In this document: one piece after another, positions 23,050 through 35,074 of the stretch
How the letters are laid out: every line of letters starts with the position of its first letter
How positions within the stretch are numbered: position 1 is the stretch's first letter
Assembly: GCA_965649765.1 (NCBI GenBank)
Contig: OZ287748.1
Span: 32,984,001-33,048,000, forward strand
Origin: Bispira polyomma
Lineage: Eukaryota
Reading direction: 5' to 3'
Length of the DNA stretch: 64,000 nucleotides
Program-made: the position numbers and the translations under genes
The notes under the pieces: model-generated
The model's database searches: none
The model's input: only the letters and a program-made list of their open reading frames with translations
What the model was told of the DNA's origin: nothing

Positions 23050-23970
23050 TCATATAATATTACTCCAAGGGTGATACAAGTAATCATATAATGTTACTCT
23101 CCAAACAATTCTGAATCAAACAGTGATACAAGTTATCCTATGCATTACTCTCTAAACAATTTTGATTTAAAGGGTGATACAAGTAATCATATAATATTAC
23201 TCTCTAAACGATTCTGACTAAAAGGATGATACTAGTAATCATATAATATTACTCTCTAAACAATTCTAGCTCCAAGGGTGATTCAAATAGTGATACAAGT
23301 TATCATACAATATTACTCTCTAAACATTTCTGACTCAAATGGTGATACAAATAATCCTGTACATTACTCTCTAAACAATTTTGATTCAAAGGGTGATACA
23401 AGTAATTATATAATATTACTCTCTAAATAATTCTGGCTCAAAGGGTGATACAAGTAATCACATACATTACTCTCTTAAACAATTCTGGCTCAAAGGATGA
23501 TACAAGTAATCATATAATATTACTCTCTAAACAATTCTGACTTAAATGGTGAAACATGTAATCCTATAATATTACTCTCTTAAACAATTCTGGCTCAAAG
23601 GATGATACAAGTAATTATATAATATTACTCTTTAAATAATTCTGGCTCAAAGGGTGATACAAGTAATCACATACATTACTCTCTTAAACAATTCTGACTC
23701 AAATGGTGATACAAGTAATCATAAAATATTACTCTCTAAACAATTCTGACTCAAATGGTGAAACAAGTAATCCTATAATATTACTCTCTAAATAATCTTA
23801 ATTCAAATGGTGATACAAGTAATCATATAATATTACTCTCTAAATAATTCTAGCTCCAAGGGTGATACAAGTAATCCTATACTATTACTCTCTAAATAAT
23901 TTTGACTCAAATGGTGATACAAGTAATCATATAATATTACTCTCGAAATAATTATAGCTCAAAGGGTAAC
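23050..23970. repeat. minisatellite, 51-53-bp unit, about 17-18 copies
   Basis: Consensus aagggtgatacaagtaatcatataatattactctctaaacaattctgactca, head-to-tail with no unique spacers. Confidence 0.97.
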
Positions 23971-24425
23971 ACCAGTTTATTGTATTACTTATTACATATT
24001 ACTCACTAATTATTGAGATTCATTTTCTGATAAATACATGTCAATATACACATTGTAAACAATTAGTTGGAAAAGATTAGCGATTTTCTTAGTAAGCCGA
24101 GAGACACTAAATATTATAAACAACAGTTTTCATAGATATTATGTACAGTTGTATTATTGTGTATATATACATTCTTGAAACAACACATATAAAATTACAA
24201 ACAATTATACAGATAAATTAATACTGATATGGGTGAGACACATATAGAAAAAATTCAGATTATCCAAAACCAAACCTGAAACGGATTGATTTAGTTCATT
24301 TGCAGCTTTTACAAAGGTAAAAAAAAAACACAAAACACTTTGACATAACTGTCTTGCAAAACAGCAGCTTGGACAATCAAATTTCTACTATAGCACTGCA
24401 CTATTATATACAAAAAGAACTATGA

Positions 24426-26594
24426 TTATAAAAAGACATGCCCATTACAATTAAAGTCATCCGGGGGTTTTCCATTCATCTTATGATATTCCAAGATGTC
24501 GGCTTCCTTGTGAGATACCACATACCTCCCGTTCGCTCGACGCTTTTTCACAAAATGAGTCACAATGAGTGAGAGTACAATTAAAACCACCACACCACCT
24601 AGTGTACAACAAAGAATGACCACCAACTTGGTGTTCACTGGTTTATTAGAGCTTGCTTGATCTGTAGGTGATAAAGCTGGAGTAGGTTTAGGGTTTGTAA
24701 TTGCCGAAGTCTGTGGCATGCGAGTCTGTGTTGATGTTATTGTCGGTGACGTCACTGGAGTGTTTACGGAAGACGTGGTGTTATGCACTTCTGGTACTGG
24801 TGAGGATGATTCTGTTTCAGGAAATGGCATGGTGGTAGTGGTGGTGGGTATTAGGTTTGCTGTTGAAGGGGTTGTACTTTCAGTTTCAATAGTGGTTTGC
24901 TGCTGTGTGTTAATAGTGGTAGGCACAACACACTTACCTATCCCCTCAGTAGTAACTTCTGAGATAACCGACACACAAATAGTGTTATCAATTTTCCCGA
25001 CAACATTGGTCGCCCTACACGTGTATATGCCAGCTCTATCCACAGGAATTTCATTGACCTTCCACATAGCATACGTCTTCATATTTGTCCGATTCTGTTG
25101 AGGCAATATACTGATGCCTTCATTCTTTGGATCCATGAAGACGATTTCTGGTGCGGGATCTCCGCTAGCCGTACAGCTAAGGAATACATCCTCTCCCTCG
25201 GTGACATTTTTATCTGCAGTGATTTTGACAATCTGGGGAGCTGTACAAACGAACTCCACTGGATCCATGTCAAAGATATAGCTCTGCTTAGGACTGTAGC
25301 AGTAATCAACGCCAGTATTTGAACCCCTCAGCGCCAGCCATTCACGAAACCAGCGCATCTCGCAGTTACAATGAAAAGGGTTTCCACTGAGCTTTAACTC
25401 TGGAATGCTGTCAAACACAGGACTGAGTGATTCTTCCATCACCTGGATACTGTTGTAATGGAGGTCCAATTCTTGTAGAGGTAGACCGGTGAATACTTCT
25501 GGACTAAACCGTAGAATGCGGTTTGAGCGCAGTATGAGCGTACTCAGTTTTGGACAGTTTTCTCCCAGATTTAAAGGGATGTCTTTTAAGTGATTATCAC
25601 TTAGTAACAGTTTCTGTAGCTTGCTATTGCTTACTAAAAGGTTACCACTGAAGATGGCGATTTTATTGTTGCTTAAATCCAGCACATTAAGATTGGGTAG
25701 GTGTTGAAGGTAACCTTCGCCAATAGCTTGGATGCTACAGTTGACTAGAATTAATTCCTGTAATGAATACAAATTGGTATACTCTTGCATTGCACTTATC
25801 TGAATGGTATTACCACTTAGGTCCAGTCTCTTGGTTTCCACTGATGAGAGAAATGATGTGTTGGTTATTCCATTGTATGATAAGGTGAGTTCCTCGAAAG
25901 AAAATCCATAAAAAGTTGTTTTATCCAAAACAAGAGGCTGCTTGTTATATGAAAGAGCAAGGTATTTGATTGAAGCTGGCTGTATTGAGCTGAGGCTAAA
26001 CTGAGAAAACTCATTGTAATCCAGCCTCATTGAATTGATAGTAGTACTGGCAAAGGCACCGTCTTCAATTGAAGATATTCTGTTTCTCTCTAGATTTAAT
26101 GACTCCAAGGATAGGCCTTGAAATGCTCCATTTTTTATTTTCAGTAATTCATTATTTTGGAGATATACATACTTCAGCTGTGCTAATCCACTGAATGTGT
26201 CACTAAATATATCACCAATACTGTTAGCTTCCAGACTAATCTCTTCAACGTTTGGATACTTTTGGAAAAATCCTTCAAAAAGAGTCTGAACTCTGTTAAA
26301 GTTAAAGTTGAGCTTTCTAACTTTGCTGAAGATGATTGCTGGATTGTCTGGATTCAAGTGCATGATGTTGTTACCACTAAGGTCAATCTCTATGGCATCT
26401 CTGGGTACATCACCAGGTATGGCAGTCAGCTGTTTACCATGACAGTCCACTAGGGTCCCATTCTCAGTCACCTGGCAGTCACAGTCTATAGGACAGGCCT
26501 GGATGTAGTTATGGCTGAGGAAGAGGAGAAGCAGAGATATCCTAGTTAGAGGGGATCTCAATAACACCCACACTTGGCCGCCAGCTGTGGTCAT
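24426..26594 (-). CDS. LRR-Ig type I transmembrane protein with Thr/Pro-rich stalk, 722 aa
   Basis: Signal peptide, LRRNT (CPIDCDC), many LRRs, LRRCT (NPFHCNCEMRWF), Ig I-set (CTASGDPAP...AGIYTCRATN), mucin-like stalk, TM, short tail ending HVFL; 5' UTR acceptor ctgttttctgtttgtag at 26634. Confidence 0.96.
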   Translation of the reverse strand: MTTAGGQVWVLLRSPLTRISLLLLFLSHNYIQACPIDCDCQVTENGTLVDCHGKQLTAIPGDVPRDAIEIDLSGNNIMHLNPDNPAIIFSKVRKLNFNFNRVQTLFEGFFQKYPNVEEISLEANSIGDIFSDTFSGLAQLKYVYLQNNELLKIKNGAFQGLSLESLNLERNRISSIEDGAFASTTINSMRLDYNEFSQFSLSSIQPASIKYLALSYNKQPLVLDKTTFYGFSFEELTLSYNGITNTSFLSSVETKRLDLSGNTIQISAMQEYTNLYSLQELILVNCSIQAIGEGYLQHLPNLNVLDLSNNKIAIFSGNLLVSNSKLQKLLLSDNHLKDIPLNLGENCPKLSTLILRSNRILRFSPEVFTGLPLQELDLHYNSIQVMEESLSPVFDSIPELKLSGNPFHCNCEMRWFREWLALRGSNTGVDYCYSPKQSYIFDMDPVEFVCTAPQIVKITADKNVTEGEDVFLSCTASGDPAPEIVFMDPKNEGISILPQQNRTNMKTYAMWKVNEIPVDRAGIYTCRATNVVGKIDNTICVSVISEVTTEGIGKCVVPTTINTQQQTTIETESTTPSTANLIPTTTTTMPFPETESSSPVPEVHNTTSSVNTPVTSPTITSTQTRMPQTSAITNPKPTPALSPTDQASSNKPVNTKLVVILCCTLGGVVVLIVLSLIVTHFVKKRRANGRYVVSHKEADILEYHKMNGKPPDDFNCNGHVFL

Positions 26595-27321
26595 GTTGAG
26601 AGGGTTTATTGCTTTATCTGATGCTCACACTATCTACAAACAGAAAACAGTAAGTAACTTTTAAATACATGTGCAAAGTTAAATCACATCTGGAGACTTT
26701 TCAAATGAAAAGGGTGTATTCTTATTCAAGTCATTTAAAAAAAGACTATAAAATAAATTGTATATAAAACACATGTAGATAAGTTTACTCTTTGGGTGTA
26801 AATTGAGTAGGTTAGTTGGGACACAGTAGGTGTATTCTCTTTAGAGAGAGCACTAACATATATCCTAACCTGTATAGGATGGCTTTTTGGTGTCTTTTAT
26901 CTACAAAAAAAAATAGTGATGTTTATGGTCTTTTGTCAACTATGCCTTGTGGCACATAACACAGATACACAGTACATTTTGGCCTTAAATCACAAAAAGG
27001 TTATATCAGAAACACATGCAATTTAGATGACCATTTATGTGAACTAAATGTCATTTAAAGAGCACCTTTGGACCTTTATGTTTCTGATGTGTTGTTCTCA
27101 CTGAAAATCATAAAACTCGGAACTAAAGCTTTTACATTGCCAAGGTAAGGTGTCCACAATCCTCATATAATTCGCTTGGCTTGTCAGTTTTTATTCACAT
27201 GTTAAATATCAGATGTATATTGTGCAAGTGTATTTCTGTAGCATTACAAATGATCTTCTAACCTCTATGTGCCATAAAATGCTGCAAAATTGCCTTACAA
27301 TTTGACTTGGTTGTAGGAACT

Positions 27322-27715
27322 ATGCAAGACGGACACAACGAAACAGGACAAAACAAACTGAGACAAAATGATCTGGGACAAAATGAACTGGGACAAAATA
27401 ATCTGGGGCAAAATGAACCAGTACTAGGACAAAATGTTTTAAAGATTTTAAAGCCATTAAAAGACACTTACAATGACATTTTAAATAAAGATGATGTGTA
27501 ATGTTTACACATCATTTCATTGCAATGAGCATAAAATGGGCTCTATTTCAGAGGGATTATCAATGGGTATGACTTAAAGATGTAAAATACAAAAAATTTT
27601 CTCTAAAAATAGTAGTTACATTAAATTTTACTAAAAAATAAAAATCTTGGTACATTTTGCCCCGGTTCATTTTGTCCCGTCACAGTTTGTTTTGTCCCGG
27701 TTCGTTTTGTCCTAC
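27322..27715. mobile_element. foldback-like non-autonomous DNA element with inverted arrays of 15-bp subrepeats
   Basis: Left array of ggacaaaatgaactg-like units, right array of the reverse complement (ttcattttgtccc); aggaact on both flanks. Confidence 0.7.
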
Positions 27716-27769
27716 AGGAACTGTATATACTTGAACAGGTTATTTTAACATGTAGATTTACACTCTGAT

Positions 27770-28050
27770 ATCACTTGATATGAGGTCATAATTTATAGAC
27801 TTTACAATTTACACCCCAACCTGGGTTCTTCCACTTGTTTACGTTTAACCATCTCAAAGGGAGCATTCTAGCCATGCCGCCACATAGGGCGCAAATAAAC
27901 CCTTTAGTGGCCAGGTACCCATTTATATACACCTGGATGGAGAGAGACAACTTTGTGTAACGTATCGTGTCCAAGGGTACAATGTCCAGACCTGCAGCAA
28001 AGATCAAACCTTGGACCCTTCGGTCCAAAGTCAAACACTCTCTAGCCCTG
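27770..28050 (-). mobile_element. degenerate tRNA/CORE-type SINE
   Basis: Minus strand: cccttggacacg...ctctctccatccaggtgtatataaatgggtacc; homologous to 33745-33990 and 61633-61725. Confidence 0.75.
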
Positions 28051-28262
28051 GATTATGACAGGTTTGACTCTTGACTGTACATAAATGTTAAGTACAAACA
28101 CACATTGATTTATATACTACACTGTATATCATACAAGTACATCATAAATGTACTAAAGAGTTAACTACTCATAATTATATTATAGTATAAGCTGTGTTTA
28201 TAATCAGAAAACATACCTTTACATTGTAAGTCACCTTTAAGCCAAATGGTTAAAACTTTAGG

Positions 28263-28271
<9 letters not shown>

Positions 28272-28306
<35 letters not shown>
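28272..28306. repeat. (TA)n microsatellite
   Basis: About 17 TA units; shorter ones at ~31017 and ~35760. Confidence 0.95.
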
Positions 28307-28309
<3 letters not shown>

Positions 28310-29956
28310 GGTATAGGTATTTTAGTCAACAATACTACTTAATCATGCAGGTAACCAAACAATATCCTTATTAGGAATACTAATATCCTGTTATGGAAAA
28401 TTGGTTTGATTATTCATCAATAAACATGGTCCATGTCTCACATTCGAAGAATGCACAATAATCCTTTTCTTAAACCTTTTTTTACCAAGAAAAGCCATGT
28501 GACATAGGTATGTATATTCAGAGCCTTCTTATTTGCACAGAGGTCAAATAAATCCACTATCAGAAGACGAATTATTAATAAGTGACTCTTTGCTATTTAT
28601 ATATTGATATTGAAAAGACAAAGTCTGGTCATTGACAATTGAAATACCCAGGCTGGTGATTATTAATATCCAGGTTAGTTCTGGCTCTCCTTGGGCGGAG
28701 AAATAACAGGTACGTATATACATAAAACATTCAGAAGACTTTACAATAAACACTAAAAAATGTACTCAATTTTAATTTACCGATCCCTCTGATATGTTGA
28801 TATATAGTGTAAAACTAAAAGTCTGTTGGCACCAATTGGTTATTTTACCCATAGTATTTAAGTTTATTTAATTCTGAGTGTATCTTCCTATTTAAATATC
28901 CTTTATTTGAGGTCAACCTAAATTAAAGTAAGTTAACCTTTTGGGGCATGATCTATTTTGTTCCTGAGGGACGCCTTTTTTGTTTAGTAGTTTAACTTAT
29001 TCTAGTCATTCTAAATATATATACCAGTCGAGCTAACAGTCAATGCAGCAAATAATTATCCAAATTTCCGTCTCAAGATGTGAATTGGCTTTCATCTTTT
29101 GACTGAATGCTAAGGACTATCTTGCTTGTGTGTTTACCTTTATTGGATTTTATATACAAACGCGTTTTATATATATACTTGGTTGTGTAACACTATTTCA
29201 TCAGTGTTAAATTCATCAATATTAAACCACAAAGTTTTTCACAAACAAAAACCAACTACCCATACATAGTCACTGTAGACACGCATGAGACCAACGTCTT
29301 ATTAATATTATCGCTGATATCTACACACTGGAAATACTAGTTCAATGAATACTAGAGACACACACACGTGCTTATAGCGTCTTTGTGGGTCTGGTGTTAA
29401 CTAGTCAACAAATTCCAAGGGCCACATCATCCATACAGAGAAAGTTAATGACTCCTGGTATTATGGAAAGTGTCAATTAAAAGGTACACATCCAATGGCC
29501 TGATGTATCCATGTATTCAAATACACCACAAAAATGTCTAACACATATAAAGGATACCATTAGATACATGCAGTAAGTTACATTATGTTTGAAACCATGT
29601 TGGGTACATAGCCTTGTTCAGGCGTATAAATACTCCAACCAGGATCTGTTAGTAAATCTAGGTTTATATCTTCTGGTAGTTTGATATCACTTCTAATAAG
29701 GTATCATCTGACTTCACACTTTAGAGCCACCACCCTGATGGATTTTCCACATTGTCAACTCTCAGCTCCTTAAATAAAATGTATACCTCAAAAATGGACT
29801 GTTTTTCTAACAATGGAACATCCGAGCCTAAATTTTTGACAACATCATTTTAATTTTCATTAGGAAATAATTTTCTCTACCTCAATCCATGAGCTAAGGT
29901 TTATTTGTAGTGACATTTCCATTTATAAAGTAAATTGTGAGATCAACCTGATTTAA

Positions 29957-30513
29957 GGTTGTTCGCTTTATTTTTTTTACCCCACAGATTTAAAAAAAAT
30001 TTATGAAAAGCTTGAATAATATGTTGACCAAAAATATTAAAAAAAAACTATGTCACAAAAGGGCTCGTTCAAAAATTATAGAGCTTTGGACATGGTATGT
30101 ATTTTCATATATTTGCCTATTGTCTTCAATGGAAAAGTCTGTTTTGGGAAGGAAAAATTCCATAAAAAGGCACTTTTTCACCCAACAGAATTTAATTTTT
30201 TTCCCTCCAGTTGTGGAAAATTACACACTGTAACTAGATATGAGGAAAAACAGGGGGTCACCGCGCTAAATTTTTTGAAATCTCAGTTTGTTTAGAATTT
30301 TTAGGGACCAAAACCTTATGTTTCTATTAAAATAATAGGAAACATGTCAAATTTTTATGAAGATAAACATTATATTTATAGGAGAGTGGCTCAAAAAAGG
30401 GCACAATGACACATCATTCCCAATAGACAATTTAGAAAAGCATATTTTCTGCAATTTTCATGAAAAAATATTGAAATTTATGTTTTGGGGGGAAAAAATG
30501 GTAGCGAACAACC
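29957..30513. mobile_element. Kolobok-like non-autonomous DNA transposon
   Basis: Perfect 11-bp TIR ggttgttcgct / agcgaacaacc, TTAA on both flanks, GG termini (piggyBac would have CC). Confidence 0.8.
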
Positions 30514-32134
30514 TTAAAGATATTTGATAAAAAAAAAACAGACCCAAGGAAAGGCTAGTATTTATGAAACGTGTGAACAGTTGAAGTTCACCGTTTTGAC
30601 CGTTTTGAAGAGTCTCTGTCTATGAAACACTTGAAGCCTTCATTTTAACAAACATAACACGATTTTTTTTTTTTACAAAAGAAAAAGAGACGAGATGGGA
30701 GAATTAAAAAAAAAAGTAGCCGATTATTTCCACTGGATGACTTTGAAAAGTTCTAACCATTTGTGGCTGAGACGTGAAATGAAATGATTATCTTGACAAT
30801 TTGAGAGTCTGTTTTGCTCCGTCATTTGGGATAAGTACAAACCTCTTGACATACTTGAGATGTTTGGAGTCTTTCTACAGGAGAATGGGTCCTAGATGGT
30901 ACTTGAGAGTTGAGGTTGTTCTATTTGAATGTAATAAATCATATATAGGTGATATGAATAGCTTACATATGAAACTTATAGAATAAGATGTGTTGTATAT
31001 ACCAATAGGACCCACCATATATATATATATATATAAAATAGATATATATATTTGTATAACCTAAAATTATGACAAGGTTTCAATAATAATAATAATTGTG
31101 GGGTTGTTAATACATACACATATGTACATAAACATACTTGGTTAAATTATTTAATGTTTATAGAATTCATCAAAAAGCAGGAGTTGCACTTGGCTGATTA
31201 TATATTTATATTATTATTATTACAAAGATGTTCCCATGCACAAACAATTACCCATTGTAAATAACAAGATGTTAATTTACTTTAGAAGTGGACAATTAAT
31301 TTTATCTATTTTTTTAGTCATTAAGTGACGCTGACTATTTGAACTTGTATTAATATTTTATCCGAAAAAAATAGGAAAATAGTTAACAGTAATTTAATTA
31401 AACTTATTCAAAATTAAAAACTATTGAAAATTTTGTCTAGCTAAACATCTCCACTTGTACAGTATAGAGCTGACGGTTGACAGGTTTTTTCATAAACAGC
31501 TACTTCGAACATACCCTTGTGATCTGTAATGACGTTTAACTGTATAACTTATTAGTATTATCTGCTTATTAGTATTCAAAACAATAGTAGATTAAACTAA
31601 GTGTCGGGCCAAAGTCTGATTAAGAAGAAGGTGTACCACACTGTACCGTCGTGCACAATTTTACAAATGTAAGTATAAATAGATAAACACTATTGCTTGG
31701 CTAGAAATTGTGGATAGTCTACCAATTGTGCCCCCCCCCCTCCCCCCCTTTGCATATTGATGATAATTTTCTTACATTTCTTTCACTACAAAATAGGTGA
31801 AATCTTTCTGTTCCCTAGATAATTTTATTAACTCTTAACATTGTAATCTAAATTGATCTACCATTAATAAAACAATTTTTATATCCATGAAATGACACAA
31901 GATTCGTGATTGAAACCTATGGGTGTCCATAATTTTTGGTTATGACCATAATTAATTGCTATGCATGCAGTACTAAACATATTAAACTATTACCAATTGT
32001 CGACAATACCTACCAAAAACAGTAGTTTCTTATTACTCCATTTGAAATTGATCTTTTTCCAGTTCAAACATGTACAACTACATATATGTCTTGAGATATA
32101 CTATACAACTACATGATGAGTAAACTGTACTTAC

Positions 32135-32143
32135 TTTTGTCAG
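32135..32143 (-). other. candidate 9-nt micro-exon
   Basis: Minus strand: atttcctcacatttttttgttacag|CTGACAAAA|gtaagtacag. Confidence 0.45.
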
Positions 32144-32534
32144 CTGTAACAAAAAAATGTGAGGAAATATGATGTTCTAATTTCCCCCCTCTCAATAATA
32201 TATCCGGCTAATAAGGTGTATTGTTTATTTTCAGTTCATGCCACACACGTTTGTGGCCACAGTGTAAACTATCTCATTTACTAACCAATCTTAGTGAATA
32301 AAGACTTGAGAGCTGAGCTAATCAATCGAGACATTACTAATCATTTTTATATATTGTATAGAGTTTTATAATAAAATAGTGTAATATCTCATGTCTGCAG
32401 TAGGATGTTTTAACACATATCCTTCCGCCACTTCCTATTTATTATCCTCTTTCAATATGTGTCGAGTTTCACTTTTCTAATAAAGTCAAATCTGTCAGAG
32501 AACTATTAACTAATCCAAACATTTTACAGTGAAG

Positions 32535-32734
32535 NNNNNNNNNNNNNNNNNNNNNNNNNNNNNNNNNNNNNNNNNNNNNNNNNNNNNNNNNNNNNNNNNN
32601 NNNNNNNNNNNNNNNNNNNNNNNNNNNNNNNNNNNNNNNNNNNNNNNNNNNNNNNNNNNNNNNNNNNNNNNNNNNNNNNNNNNNNNNNNNNNNNNNNNNN
32701 NNNNNNNNNNNNNNNNNNNNNNNNNNNNNNNNNN
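32535..32734. other. assembly gap (200 N)
   Basis: Run of N; round length suggests a placeholder gap of unknown size. Confidence 1.
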
Positions 32735-32886
32735 TAAAAGTTGTAAGGACCTACTAAGGTTATTTGACGTTTCACAGTTATAAATACGGTTGCATGTATT
32801 TAAATAGAATTAAGTTGGGCACAAAAAAAATTAATTTGAATGAAACAAGATGTGGTTAAGTCATAACAAAAGACAGCCATAGAGTC

Positions 32887-33099
32887 TTACCTTCGGCCAA
32901 GGACATTAAATTTTTGCATAGTGGTATTTAGTTGTTTGTTTGTCACAAGGATTAGGCGAAAACTACTGACCAAAATTACAATTAAAATTGGGTAGAGAAA
33001 TAAAGAAGAATCCATGAAGTTTTGGGGGTGATCTGAAAAGTAGGATTTTTTTTGTGGCATCATGACAGAGGTTGTACACTTTACTGCGTGTCCTCCTAG
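32887..33099 (+). mobile_element. HINE/DINE-like element, degenerate copy
   Basis: ttaccttcggccaagga...(gttt)n...cagaggttgtacactttactgcgtgtcctcCTAG-tt; related to 21510. Confidence 0.65.
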
Positions 33100-33177
33100 T
33101 TAAACTTTTCTTTAATTATGAATCAAATATGTGTAGCCCCTTGTTTTAGTAGAAACCAGAACTATACTATAACATTT

Positions 33178-33600
33178 TAGTGGTAACACATTCGCCTTCC
33201 ACCCTCCCTACAGTTGGGTTTCGATTCACAGCCCACAAACGTGCATGTTGCGGGTGCTGGATCTAGAGCTTTCTCGATGTTATGGAGTTGTCTCCCTTGT
33301 TGAGCTTAGATCACTTGAAACACTTTCTGGTTTTTAGGAAAAAGCTTAAAACCGATCTCTTCAAACTTGCCTAAAATTCTTCTTTCCCCGAATATGTTCA
33401 ATTTTCAGTATATCATATTTTACTGACAACAGCCAGATATCACTAAGGCATAATGCAAGAAAACCATCTTTAGTTTTGTTAGAGCCCTCATTGTACACAT
33501 GTTTCTGGACTTCTCTATTTTAAATGTTAACTGATTCTGTTGTTGCACTCTAGAAAATGCCTTGGATCAATAAGGCACGTTAAAAATCCATAATACCATA
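33178..33600 (+). mobile_element. degenerate SINE head followed by L2-like LINE 3' end
   Basis: tagtggtaacacattcgcc...gggtttcgattc (A/B-box-like); FRKKLKTDLFKLA-coding remnant; 3' end tagaaaatgcc...atcaataa.gcacgttaaaaatccataata similar to 35075 family. Confidence 0.55.
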
Positions 33601-33744
33601 CACTACAGTGTGGATCAGTTAGTAGTGGACTTATTGACGTCCGGTGGTTGGCAATGCCCAAAACATTGACCAACAACGCCAGGCTGATTTCCTACACCAG
33701 CCTGAACCGATACAATCTCAATTCAGTTATTGATATCAATGTTA

Positions 33745-33990
33745 AAGCAGGCCTGGAGATTGTTCCTTTGGACAAGGTACTTTACACAAAATTGCCCCTC
33801 TATATAAATGGGTATTTGGCCACCAATGGATGTTAGTATTTGTACGCTGTATGTGGCAGCACGGCTAGTATGCTTCCCGAGGGAGCTGAAACTGAACAAT
33901 TGGTTGACGTGTCGAAAAACCCAGGCTGAGGGGGGAAACTGTAAAGTCGGTTGAGATCTCAATAGAGGTGATATCAGATTAACAACCTGC
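33745..33990 (+). mobile_element. CORE-type SINE fragment
   Basis: Aligns with the reverse complement of 27770-28000 (cctttggacaaggtactttacacaaa...tatataaatgggta...). Confidence 0.75.
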
Positions 33991-35074
33991 ACACACACAT
34001 TTACACTGAAAATGAATCAAAAACCCAAAATCAGTTGTTTAAAATGCCAGTATAACAAAGAATTACCAACATGTGGCCTGCACCACTAAACAATTTCCGT
34101 TCCTCTGCGGTGAGCTTGCTTTAAAACTTTGTCATTTGTGAAAGTTTATTAAAGTCATAAATTTCTAAGAGCCTCCACTAATGTAATGAGATTGACACTG
34201 TCCTTACAATAGTGTTCACCAACCTTGAGTAGATTTACCTGAACATATTAGCTTTAAGGTGCATATTTCACTCTTCCTTTGTTTTCATATTACTTACTGC
34301 CAAAATATAGTGAGTTCTGTGAAGTGTATACAAGAATGTGAAGTCAAAAATAATACCAAAAAAGTTATCTAAATAAGAGAAAAAAATCAATTAAAGAAAT
34401 ACCTATTTATAGGTGTGTGTTTTTTTTTAAAAAACACATAAATTATGCATCTGTGACCTATTTCCTTGTGAATTATTGTGGTGTTGTATGATGAATCAGA
34501 GACGCATATACACAAGTTACTTGTGGAAGTAAGTTTGGTCCTTGATAAAAAAAGAGAAACATCGTGTATATGTGTAAAAACTGAGTTATTAAAAGAACAC
34601 ATCTTAATTTTTAAATGTTAATGATAAATATAGATTTACCTATCAACATAAAGCTGTCTCAGGAATTCAGTTTTTATTTTTACCTTATACACATGTATTA
34701 TAAACATCTTAAATACACGAGAAAACATATTTGTGTAAGATATGTAAAGGTTATCAGTCACATTGGGGACACTTATAACAAGCATGACTCACTTATGGCA
34801 AAAGGCACAGACATATGTTTCCGATGAAAACAATGACTTTCATTATTAGTGTTCTAATATTTTTATTTGAAGAATTTATATCACAAATTCTTTTAAATTT
34901 GGTAAGGCTAACTTACAGGCTGATGAAACAAAAATACATAGAATTCTACATTGTAAAATATATGGTGATAGACATGTTCTATTAATAGCATTTAAAATGA
35001 CAAATATATGAGACCGAGGCTTCGAAGATTTCCTTTTGATGCAGCCTTAATACACCCGTACTGTGGGAAATTTT

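Noticed and set aside
23050-23970. CRISPR-like array
   Set aside because: Units are contiguous and homologous along their whole length, with no unique spacers and no cas genes; eukaryotic context.
18924-26594. Toll-like receptors or a VLR-like rearranging LRR system
   Set aside because: No TIR domain, an Ig domain is present, both ORFs are complete, and I found no flanking LRR cassettes.
27258-27501. Repetitive ORFs (LGQNE, FCPS)
   Set aside because: Translations of 15-bp transposon subrepeats.
32524-32783. ORFs spanning X runs
   Set aside because: Artefact of the N gap.
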